A DNA stretch of 64,000 bases from Rickettsiales bacterium (lineage in GTDB: Bacteria > Pseudomonadota > Alphaproteobacteria > Methylaequorales > Methylaequoraceae). Positions 1-8,007 of this stretch are shown one piece after another (within the stretch, counting starts at the first letter, position 1; every line of letters starts with the position of its first letter). A program made the translations under genes and the position numbers. The stretch covers positions 8,094 through 72,093 of the forward strand of contig NZHE01000024.1 in NCBI GenBank assembly GCA_002691145.1, in the 5' to 3' direction. The notes under the pieces are model-generated. The model was given only the letters and a program-made list of their open reading frames with translations. It ran no database searches and was not told the DNA's origin.

Positions 1-378
1 TTTTGAATCAATATCACCGCCATAAATATCTGCATATTTAAAATAATCTCTCCAGATTCTCAATGATGCGCCTGGCTGGGTAATTCTCTTAAGTCTCTTG
101 TTGAATATTTTATTAGTTCCTATTCCAAGTTCAAACACATTTTTTATGTTATTTCTTTTGTCGAAAAAAATACTATCATAAATATCAGTGTAATTATGAG
201 GAAACCATGAGAAATAATCACTAAAATTGTCAAATACTCCTTTGTCACAACCATATTTTTTACAAAGATGATTTAACTTATTTTGAGGTATAGAGTAATC
301 GTTTAAATAAAAGTTATAGTCTTGTTTTGATTCAAGAGCATTAATTCTTAAGTATTTTTTTTTAAAAATTGAGAACAT
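1..378 (-). CDS. Class I SAM-dependent methyltransferase-like protein, 3' end outside the window
   Basis: Not in the ORF track; translated by hand from ATG at 378: MFSIFKKKYL...LCKKYGCDKG...PHNYTDIY...NVFELGIGTN...PGASLRIWRDYFKYADIYGGDIDSK. The ELGIG SAM motif I and the GASL..W..YF....IYG.DI pattern fit O-methyltransferases. Confidence 0.8.
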   Translation of the reverse strand, partial: MFSIFKKKYLRINALESKQDYNFYLNDYSIPQNKLNHLCKKYGCDKGVFDNFSDYFSWFPHNYTDIYDSIFFDKRNNIKNVFELGIGTNKIFNKRLKRITQPGASLRIWRDYFKYADIYGGDIDSK

Positions 379-486
379 TTTTATATTTAGTATTAATTTA
401 ATATAAAAAAAATATTAAGTCTATTTGCTAAAAATTATTATTTCTATAAGTTTATATTTAAATTCTTTAGAAAATAGTAATCACTG

Positions 487-870
487 ATGAAACCTTTTTT
501 TATAGTTTTAAAATTAACAAGACATATTCTTGGAAATGCCATTTATTTTATTGATTTAATTTTTCCACCGATACGAATCAGAAGGAGTTTACAAGAGCAA
601 AAAAGAATCAATTATATTCTTAATAAGCACTCCCTTTATCAGTACAAGCTTTGTCCATTTTGCGTAAAGGTAAGAAGATTTCTTAAAAAATATAATTTAG
701 ATTTAAGGTTTAAAAATCCAAGTAAAGAGCCTGAAAGTAGAGATCAACTTTTGAGATTAGGTGGAAAAGTCAAAGTCCCTTGTTTGTGCATTGAAGATAA
801 TGGAAAATCAAAATGGCTGTATGAATCTTCTGAAATTATAAAATATTTAAAAAAAAAAATAAGCTTATAA
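487..870 (+). CDS. Glutaredoxin / GST N-terminal thioredoxin-fold protein
   Basis: LYQYKLCPFCVKVRR (CxxC), GGKVKVPCL (cis-Pro) and WLYESSEII motifs. Confidence 0.85.
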   Translation: MKPFFIVLKLTRHILGNAIYFIDLIFPPIRIRRSLQEQKRINYILNKHSLYQYKLCPFCVKVRRFLKKYNLDLRFKNPSKEPESRDQLLRLGGKVKVPCLCIEDNGKSKWLYESSEIIKYLKKKISL

Positions 871-907
871 TTTTAAATATTAAACATTTTTTCATTAAAG
901 ACGATAG

Positions 908-1069
908 ATGTATATGCTTTCGCTTTATATAAAAATATTTGCATACATTAATCTATTGATCATCTTTTTTATAGCTGTTTACATAGTTTTTTCTAAAGAA
1001 AAAGCTGGAGAACAGAATTTACAAGAGAAATTTTCAAGAAAGTACTATTTTAAGAGACCCCCCCACTAA
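908..1069 (+). CDS. Putative 53-aa single-pass membrane protein
   Basis: Hand translation: MYMLSLYIKIFAYINLLIIFFIAVYIVFSKEKAGEQNLQEKFSRKYYFKRPPH*. One hydrophobic stretch followed by a charged tail; no clear RBS. Confidence 0.45.
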   Translation: MYMLSLYIKIFAYINLLIIFFIAVYIVFSKEKAGEQNLQEKFSRKYYFKRPPH

Positions 1070-1117
1070 AAAATTAAGTGGGGGTATATATTTTTTGGGG
1101 AGGTTAAATATATATAC
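1052..1117 (-). ncRNA. Candidate small RNA with anti-SD (CCUCCCC) loop
   Basis: Minus strand reads GUAUAUAUAUUU-AACCUCCCCA-AAAAAUAUAUAC (stem-loop), then a GC-rich hairpin. A sigma70-like promoter lies immediately upstream. Confidence 0.45.
1060..1096. terminator. GC-rich hairpin, probable intrinsic terminator, possibly bidirectional
   Basis: CCCCCACT (1060-1067) pairs with AGTGGGGG (1077-1084). It is followed on + by TATATATTTTTT; the U-tail on - is weak. Confidence 0.6.
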
Positions 1118-1121
1118 AATT

Positions 1122-1150
1122 AATATATTTTTCATAATAATAGAATTCAA
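1122..1150 (-). promoter_or_regulatory. Sigma70-like promoter for the candidate sRNA
   Basis: TTGAAT (1150-1145) - 17 nt - TATATT (1127-1122). The AT-rich background lowers specificity. Confidence 0.4.
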
Positions 1151-1249
1151 ATTTATTATTTAAATGATAAATATTTTTATCATGAATAATCAAAAATAAC
1201 TTGCTTTTAAAGTTAACTTACTTAAATTACTAATTAACGATGAGGTTTT

Positions 1250-1429
1250 ATGAAAAAAAGTAATAATTTAAGTGAACAAGATTTAAAAAGATTGGAGCAA
1301 AGGATTGATAAGCTTCAAATAAGTATCGATCAGCTAAACGGTCAACTTAATGAACATATAAAATTCATTGAAAGGGTTTATGAACCTTTAAGAAACCCAA
1401 TCTCTAAAATTAAAAATTTTTTTAACTAA
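1250..1429 (+). CDS. Hypothetical 59-aa coiled-coil protein
   Basis: Hand translation: MKKSNNLSEQDLKRLEQRIDKLQISIDQLNGQLNEHIKFIERVYEPLRNPISKIKNFFN*. GAGG RBS at 1242-1245; heptad Leu/Ile pattern. Confidence 0.75.
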   Translation: MKKSNNLSEQDLKRLEQRIDKLQISIDQLNGQLNEHIKFIERVYEPLRNPISKIKNFFN

Positions 1430-1444
1430 TTAGTAAACTATAGA

Positions 1445-1783
1445 GTGATTATTTTTATAATTAAAATAATTGCCTCAAGTCTGATAATATCTTTTGCTAG
1501 TTGGCTTTCATTGAAAAAGCCCCAACTTGCAGGCTTTATAATAGCTCTCCCTTTAATGAGTATCATAGCCATTGCATTTTCATTTATTGAGCACAATGAT
1601 AAAGCTAAGACAATAGTTTTTGCAAAAAGCATTATGTTAGCTGTTCCAATATCCTTAATATTCTTTCTACCATTTTTCTTAAGCTCATTTTTAAATATTA
1701 GCTTCTGGAGTATTTACATATTATCGTTGGTTTTACTGGTAGTAGGATTTTTCGTTCACAGATATCTTAGTAGTTTTTTTTAA
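1445..1783 (+). CDS. Small 4-TM membrane protein (DUF3147-like)
   Basis: Hydrophobic ORF with K.P.LAGFIIALPLMS motif. Confidence 0.65.
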   Translation: MIIFIIKIIASSLIISFASWLSLKKPQLAGFIIALPLMSIIAIAFSFIEHNDKAKTIVFAKSIMLAVPISLIFFLPFFLSSFLNISFWSIYILSLVLLVVGFFVHRYLSSFF

Positions 1784-2007
1784 AAGTATTCAAAATAAAA
1801 ATTTGATATACCAAAAATAAAAATTGGAATTTGAAAACCAAAATTGGCAATGATAGCTTTATCTTTTGATAAAAAACCAGTAACGGTCCACCCTATCACT
1901 CCTAACCCATGAACAATAATATTTACGGGATAATAATTTATGTTGGTTAAAAAAATTCCAGTCAAAACAAATAAAGTACTTATCCATTTTAATTTGTCAT
2001 TGATCAT
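1780..2007 (-). CDS. Small hypothetical membrane protein
   Basis: 75-aa hydrophobic ORF (KWIST..VLTGI.LTNIN.YP.NI) with AGGTG upstream. Confidence 0.65.
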   Translation of the reverse strand: MINDKLKWISTLFVLTGIFLTNINYYPVNIIVHGLGVIGWTVTGFLSKDKAIIANFGFQIPIFIFGISNFYFEYF

Positions 2008-2196
2008 GTTAACACCTATATGTAATTTTTGAAATGTATGAGTTTATAAGATTACTAAAATATATTTTTTTTATTCTTCTTATTATCTACATTTTTTTAA
2101 TAGTTTTATAAAGTAAGATATAAGAAAAGTTATACTTTTAAAGACGTTAAGTTTCCTATATTATTTACCTTGCGTATTTTAAATATTATTAGAGAT

Positions 2197-2661
2197 ATGG
2201 AAAAAGACTTCATAGACTATGGTGAAAGAATAAATAACGCTTTGCTTGAAGTGATAAAAGATATTTTATTAGATCTATCTAATGAAAAAATTTCTTCAAA
2301 TCATTGTTTTTATATAACATATGATACAAACCACCCAGACGTATTGATAAGTTCAAAACTGAAAAAAGAATATCCCAAAGAAATCACCATTGTTATTCAG
2401 AATCAATTCTGGAATTTAGAGGTAAAAAAAAATTATTTTAATGTCACACTTTCTTTTAATAGAAAAAAGGAGACATTATCAATACCTTTTGAGGCGATAA
2501 AAAAATTCAACGATCCCTTTGTAAAATTTAGTCTACAATTAGATTTCAAGGTAAAGCATTTAAAACAAAATAGAAAAGTTAAAAAATTAAAGAAATCGAA
2601 AAAAATAGAAAATAATAAAATTATAACTCTAAGTAAATTTAGAAAAAATAAGGAAGAATAA
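2197..2661 (+). CDS. sspB: ClpXP specificity-enhancing factor SspB (alphaproteobacterial type)
   Basis: H.FYITYDT.HPDV, YPKEITIVIQNQFWNL, F.DPFVKFSLQ and a C-terminal IITLSKFRK ClpX-binding-like tail. It sits upstream of fumC. ATG 2197 is preferred over TTG 2170. Confidence 0.88.
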   Translation: MEKDFIDYGERINNALLEVIKDILLDLSNEKISSNHCFYITYDTNHPDVLISSKLKKEYPKEITIVIQNQFWNLEVKKNYFNVTLSFNRKKETLSIPFEAIKKFNDPFVKFSLQLDFKVKHLKQNRKVKKLKKSKKIENNKIITLSKFRKNKEE

Positions 2662-4053
2662 TTGAAAGATTATAGAGAAGAATCAGACAGCATCGGAAAA
2701 ATAAAAGTACCCGCAAACAAATATTGGGGAGCACAGACTCAAAGAAGTTTAGAGAACTTTAAAATTGGCAATGAAAAGATTCCTTTGGAGCTGATTTATG
2801 CATTTGCAATTCAAAAAAAAGCTGCTGCAATTTCGAACCTTGCATTAAATAAACTTGATGAAAAATTAGCTTTAAAAATAATTGAAGTTTGCGACGAGAT
2901 CATTAATGGAGCTCATGACGATCAATTTCCTTTGTCCGTTTGGCAGACAGGTTCTGGAACACAAACAAACATGAACCTTAATGAAGTTATCGCAAATAGA
3001 TCAAACGAACTATTACAAGGGAAAATCGGTTCAAATAAACCAGTTCATCCCAACGACCACTGCAACATGGGCCAATCATCTAATGACTCATTCCCAACAG
3101 CTATGCATATAGCCATAGTTATTGAAATTAATAGAAAACTATTACCAACTCTTGACAAAGTAATTAAAAACTTAGAAGTTAAAGAAAAAGAGTTCTCAAG
3201 TATAAATAAAATTGGAAGAACACACCTTCAAGACGCAGTCCCACTTAAACTAGGTCAAGAATTTAGTGCATTCAAATCTCAGATTCAAAATGGAAAAGAA
3301 AGAGTTAATAATTCACTACAAGAAATATTTTTTCTCGCCCAAGGTGGAACAGCAGTAGGCACTGGTCTAAATTCATCTGAGGATTTTATAAAATGTTTCG
3401 TTAAAGCTATTCAAGAAATTACAAAACTACCATTTAAAACTGCTAAAAATAAATTTGAATCACTTTCCTCACATGACTCAATTTTGAATTTATCAGGCTC
3501 TATTAATTCGTTGATTGCAGGATTCTACAAATTAGCAAATGACATCCGACTTTTATCTTCTGGCCCAAGATGTGGAATCGGAGAAATTACAATTCCGTCT
3601 AATGAACCAGGTTCATCAATTATGCCGGGTAAGATAAACCCAACGCAATCAGAAGCTTTTACACAAGTTTGTATCTATTTGATGAGCAATCACTTTTCTC
3701 TCACTATTGCAGCGAGTCAAGGTCATTTTCAATTAAATGCAAATAAGACTCTTATAATTTTTAATATTCTTAAAACAATCTCTCTACTCAGTGATGCAAC
3801 AAACTCTTTTGTTGAAAACTGTCTGATAGGAATTAAACCAAATATTGAAAAGATGCGCAAAAATCTTGAAAATTCTTTGATGCTTGTAACTGCTTTGAAC
3901 CCAATTATTGGTTATGACAAATCAGCAGAAATTGCAAAAATGGCTTTTCAAAAAAACATAACACTTAAAAAAGCTGCTTCAAAACTTAATTATATTACAG
4001 AAGATGAGTTTGATAAGATTGTAGATCCAGATAAAATGATTAAAAAAATTTAG
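2662..4053 (+). CDS. fumC: Fumarate hydratase class II
   Basis: GSSIMPGKINP signature, WQTGSGTQTNMN and GRTHLQDA. Confidence 0.97.
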   Translation: MKDYREESDSIGKIKVPANKYWGAQTQRSLENFKIGNEKIPLELIYAFAIQKKAAAISNLALNKLDEKLALKIIEVCDEIINGAHDDQFPLSVWQTGSGTQTNMNLNEVIANRSNELLQGKIGSNKPVHPNDHCNMGQSSNDSFPTAMHIAIVIEINRKLLPTLDKVIKNLEVKEKEFSSINKIGRTHLQDAVPLKLGQEFSAFKSQIQNGKERVNNSLQEIFFLAQGGTAVGTGLNSSEDFIKCFVKAIQEITKLPFKTAKNKFESLSSHDSILNLSGSINSLIAGFYKLANDIRLLSSGPRCGIGEITIPSNEPGSSIMPGKINPTQSEAFTQVCIYLMSNHFSLTIAASQGHFQLNANKTLIIFNILKTISLLSDATNSFVENCLIGIKPNIEKMRKNLENSLMLVTALNPIIGYDKSAEIAKMAFQKNITLKKAASKLNYITEDEFDKIVDPDKMIKKI

Positions 4054-5694
4054 TTAAATAACTCTAAAATATTATCAGGATCTATTATAATTTTATTGTT
4101 ATTCTTTTTAAGAATTTTTTTTAAAGTTTTTTCAAAAAAGTGTTCTTTTATTTTATCTATATCGTAATTTATGGAATACTTAGATGTGTTACCAGAAATG
4201 TCAATCCCAAAATCAGGGAAATCTATATACTTACTTGTTTTTATTTTTATTCTATTTTTTAAATAAAAATTTTCACTCAAAATATTGTAATTACCCTCAG
4301 CATTTAATTTGATTTTGTCATCCTCACTATAAATATTTTTAACTCTTAAGTTTGAGTCCTCTAGGATAAAATCACCCTCTATAGTTTCTATTTTAGTAGA
4401 GCCTTTGAATTTAAAACTTGATAAATTATTCAAAAAACTATTCAAATTATCAATTTGGTCAATCATCAAAATAGTTTCTTGAGCATTAACCCCTAAGATT
4501 ATAGTATCTTTAAGAAAAAACTTTCCCTCCATTTTCAGATTTTTTGTTTTATGATCTAATGGTAATCTCTTAGTAAAGCTAAAAGTTGCATTTAATCTTC
4601 CATTACTTATGTATGATTTTAACTGTTTGTTGAGTGTTTTAACAAAAGGAAAATTTTCTATAAAAAATACGCCATTGACATTTCTTTTAAATAAATCAAT
4701 CATAAAATTTGAAGAATATTTAGCATCTAAATATTTTCCATTAAGATTTTTTATATATATATTATTTTTAATAAAATTAATTTTGGCAGCAATGTTATCA
4801 AATTCAAATTTATTAAATATCAGTTTTTTTAGTTTGGTATTTACATCAATAATAATATTATGAGTATCATAAAAATAATTATTTACTTTAATTAAATTTT
4901 GATTTTCCTTAACAATTTTTTTTTTTTTTTGAATTCATGACCAAAAAATTATCAAGATTAAAATATTCACTTTCAAGATCTGCTTTAATGTTTACTATTC
5001 CATTAATATAATTTGAAGTTCCTTTTATATGAGTAATTTCTTTTTTATTAAAAAAATTATGTTTAATCTCAAAATTTAATTTTTCAAATTCTTTAAATTC
5101 AGATTTAAATGAAAAATCAGATAAAAAACTTTTATTTTTGAAATTACCATTAATTTGAAAAGAAGAAGTATTTGTTGCTTCTAAAGAAATATCTTCCAAT
5201 ATATATCCCTGATTTTTACTTTTAATTTCGAAAATACCATCATTTATTTTTAAGTGACTAAATTTAAAGGGTTGTTTAATTAAAAAATTATTTTCTGATA
5301 TTTTATGCATTAATTTATAAGAGCTAAAACTTTCAGAAATTTTAATTTTTTTTAAATTTAATTTTAATGTTGGTTTCTCTAACTTAATTTGGTTAATTTT
5401 TATTTCTTTTTTTAAAATAGATAGCAATTTTAAATTAAGAAAAAGTGTTTTAATATAAAGTTGGGCATCTAAGTTGTGATTAGTTAAACTTACATCATTA
5501 ATTTTTACTGAAAATGTTGGGAAAAAAGATAAGTCTATTTCATCATTAAAGTTAATTTCATGATTAAAATTTGACGAAAACTCTGAAACTATTTTATTTT
5601 TTAAAAAACTTTTATCCAAATTAACAAATAGAATATAAATAGAGAAAAAAGCCAAAATCAAGAATAAAAAAGTTACAATGAAAAACTTTCTCAT
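4050..5694 (-). pseudogene. AsmA-family membrane-anchored protein, split by a +1 frameshift at an A15 tract (real or sequencing error)
   Basis: ORF 5694-4909 has an N-terminal TM and an AsmA-like LSFFP..V.INDVSL..LEKP pattern. Past the tract at 4916-4930 the shifted frame stays open into ORF 4703-4050. Confidence 0.7.
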
Positions 5695-5706
5695 TTGATT
5701 AAATTT

Positions 5707-6294
5707 TTAATTATCCGCTTTTAATAGTCTTGGTTTGTGTGGGCCAGACAAAATTATAAACCTTTCTTTATTATTTAAATCCTTAAAAGATAAAAAAGAT
5801 GGAGATTGATTTTGACTTTTCCATATTTCATAAACCTGAAAAGCCTGATTTTGGTGTCTTCTTGCTTTAAACCAGTCGTCATCAGCAATAATACTTGCTG
5901 CAACACCCCCAAGATGTTCTGCATCTACAAAAGTCTTTACTCCAATCGCTTCTTCAATAGATGCACTCATTTCCAAAATTCTTTCCTTGAAAATTTTAAA
6001 TGAGCCTGAGTGATCTTTTTCAGTTACTATTCGATCAGGTTTTGTATCGACGAAATGCTCAGATAAAATCCAGCCTTTTAATCCTGTTTTTAGATCAATT
6101 ACATTAGACCATTCACCTTTGTTTTCCAACAAGGATAATTCGTATCCAGATTCAATCGGATAAATCATAGGGGAGTTTACATCTGGTTGAATGTAAAAAC
6201 TAGTAATTGGTTTTGCACTGTAAATTTTATCATTAGCTGATACTATGCTGCTCACAAAAAATAAAATTGTAAAATAAAAAAAAAACTGCTTCAT
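5707..6294 (-). CDS. Exported protein with bacterial SH3-like domain
   Basis: Signal peptide, then P...SP.I..I..G..L.LLE..GEWS.V......GWI (SH3b-like). The C-terminal domain is unrecognised. Confidence 0.7.
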   Translation of the reverse strand: MKQFFFYFTILFFVSSIVSANDKIYSAKPITSFYIQPDVNSPMIYPIESGYELSLLENKGEWSNVIDLKTGLKGWILSEHFVDTKPDRIVTEKDHSGSFKIFKERILEMSASIEEAIGVKTFVDAEHLGGVAASIIADDDWFKARRHQNQAFQVYEIWKSQNQSPSFLSFKDLNNKERFIILSGPHKPRLLKADN

Positions 6295-6320
6295 TCTTAT
6301 CCCTTTGTTAAACTTTCATT

Positions 6321-7061
6321 ATGCAAATTCAAATTTTAAATAATTTTAAATCTCCGAACTTTGATAATAGACAAAAAAATTCAAAGATCAAATTTTTAGT
6401 TTTACATTACACGGAAACTATCTCATTGTCAGAAGCAATAAATATTTTGTGTTCTCCCCAAAAAAAAGTTAGTTGTCATTATATCATTGATACAAACGGT
6501 GACATCTATAATCTTGTTGACGAAAAAAAAAGAGCTTGGCATGCTGGGTTATCATGTTGGATGAATTATAAAAATTTAAATAGTTACTCAGTTGGAATTG
6601 AAATTGTAAATTCAGGCGAAGTATTAAAAAATAAATATCCTAAAAATCAGATAAAGGCACTAATAAATCTTTCCAAACAGATAAAATCTACTTATAAAAT
6701 AAAAACAGGACATATTTTAGGACACAGTGACATTGCGCCAAAAAGAAAGATAGATCCTGGTATTTATTTTCCTTGGAAAACATTAGCTAAATATGATTTA
6801 GGATATTGGGTTGATTTAAAAAAGAATATTAGCAAAATAGATTTTGAACTAAAAAAAAATGAGCTGAAATGCTTCTTGCAAAATCTAAAAATAATTGGTT
6901 ATAGTGAGGTCAGAACGTCAAAAAGCTTTGAAAAAAATATTCATGTTATTAATGCATTCCATAGACATTATGCTCCTAAATTAATTGATAAGTTTCCAAC
7001 CCATGTAAGTTACATAAAATCAAAGAAACTTTTAGAAATGTTAAAAAAAGTTGACACTTAG
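6321..7061 (+). CDS. N-acetylmuramoyl-L-alanine amidase (Amidase_2, AmpD/AmiD-like)
   Basis: VLHYT, VSCHY, RAWHAG, SVGIEIVN and GHSDIAP.RK.DPG motifs. Confidence 0.93.
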   Translation: MQIQILNNFKSPNFDNRQKNSKIKFLVLHYTETISLSEAINILCSPQKKVSCHYIIDTNGDIYNLVDEKKRAWHAGLSCWMNYKNLNSYSVGIEIVNSGEVLKNKYPKNQIKALINLSKQIKSTYKIKTGHILGHSDIAPKRKIDPGIYFPWKTLAKYDLGYWVDLKKNISKIDFELKKNELKCFLQNLKIIGYSEVRTSKSFEKNIHVINAFHRHYAPKLIDKFPTHVSYIKSKKLLEMLKKVDT

Positions 7062-7080
7062 GACAAAATATTAATAATTT
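7051..7080 (+). promoter_or_regulatory. Probable sigma70 promoter of rnpB
   Basis: Perfect TTGACA at 7051-7056, 18-nt spacer, TAATTT at 7075-7080, just before the RNA 5' end. Confidence 0.55.
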
Positions 7081-7085
7081 TTAAT

Positions 7086-7440
7086 ACTAGATGATTGAAT
7101 GGCTGCTCTATTAATTACAGAGAGGAAAGTCTGGACTCCATAGAGTAACAGTGCCGGATAATAACCGGCGAGGGTGACCTCAGGGAAAGTGCCACAGAAA
7201 ATATACCGCCTTTATTAGGTAAGGTTGAAATGGTAAGGTAAGAGCTTACCGCAAGAATGGTAACATTTTTGGCAAGGTAAACCCCATTGGGAGCAAGTCT
7301 AAGTATGCACACTCATTTAAGTGAAAACGCTACTCTACGTTGTGCAAGGTGAGACGCAAGAGGTATTTGGTAACAAATATCCAAGATGAATAGCCATTAC
7401 TTTTTTAAAAGAACAGAATCCAGCTTATAGATCATCTAGT
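7086..7440 (+). ncRNA. rnpB: RNase P RNA (type A)
   Basis: GAGGAAAGTCTGGACTCC, GGAAAGTGCCACAGAAA, GGTAAACCCC and ACAGAATCCAGCTTA conserved blocks. Terminal helix ACTAGATGAT/ATCATCTAGT is followed by a poly-T run. Confidence 0.97.
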
Positions 7441-7461
7441 TTTTTTTTTTTTTTGTTGTAA

Positions 7462-7500
7462 TTGTGGTATAAAATACCATAAGATCCCATAATATTCCAA
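7462..7500. promoter_or_regulatory. Putative MraZ operator (10-bp-period repeats)
   Basis: AAAATACCAT / AAGATCCCAT / AATATTCCAA at exact 10-bp spacing (TGGGA-like on the - strand), directly upstream of mraZ. Confidence 0.55.
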
Positions 7501-7522
7501 TTTTTTATTTTTGGACTAATTT

Positions 7523-7990
7523 ATGGCACTTTTTTTATCAACTAGTTTGAATAAAATTGATTCTAAATCCAGAGTATCGGTACCTTCAGATTTTAGGAAT
7601 TCACTTTTACAGCAAAGCTTTCAAGGAATAATTTCTTTTCCATCTTATTCTTCCAAATGCATCGATTGCTGTGCAATAGACAGAATGGAAAGAATTTCCG
7701 AAAACTTAGATCAAGAGAATAGTTACACTGAAGACGAATTTGATTTGATCTCTTTATATTTTGGTGAAGCTGAAAAACTACCATTTGATAAAGAGGGAAG
7801 GGTAATATTGCCAAAAAAACTGATTTTACATACCGAAATTAATGATCAAGTTTTATTTGTTGGTTTAGGACCTACCTTTCAAATATGGGAACCAAATCAT
7901 TATAAAAATCAGAAAATAAGTACTATAAAAAAAGCCAGAAATAATAAACTAAAACCAAGATTGAAACCAATTCCTAAGGGAATAATTTAA
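7523..7990 (+). CDS. mraZ: Division/cell wall cluster transcriptional regulator MraZ
   Basis: Two DxxxR motifs (IDSKSRVSVP, FDKEGRVILP) and F.IWEP; first gene of the dcw cluster. Confidence 0.93.
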   Translation: MALFLSTSLNKIDSKSRVSVPSDFRNSLLQQSFQGIISFPSYSSKCIDCCAIDRMERISENLDQENSYTEDEFDLISLYFGEAEKLPFDKEGRVILPKKLILHTEINDQVLFVGLGPTFQIWEPNHYKNQKISTIKKARNNKLKPRLKPIPKGII

Positions 7991-8007
7991 AAAACAGGAG
8001 AAACATA

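Noticed and set aside
7115-7312. 65-aa ORF on the minus strand
   Set aside because: It is the antisense of the RNase P RNA gene.
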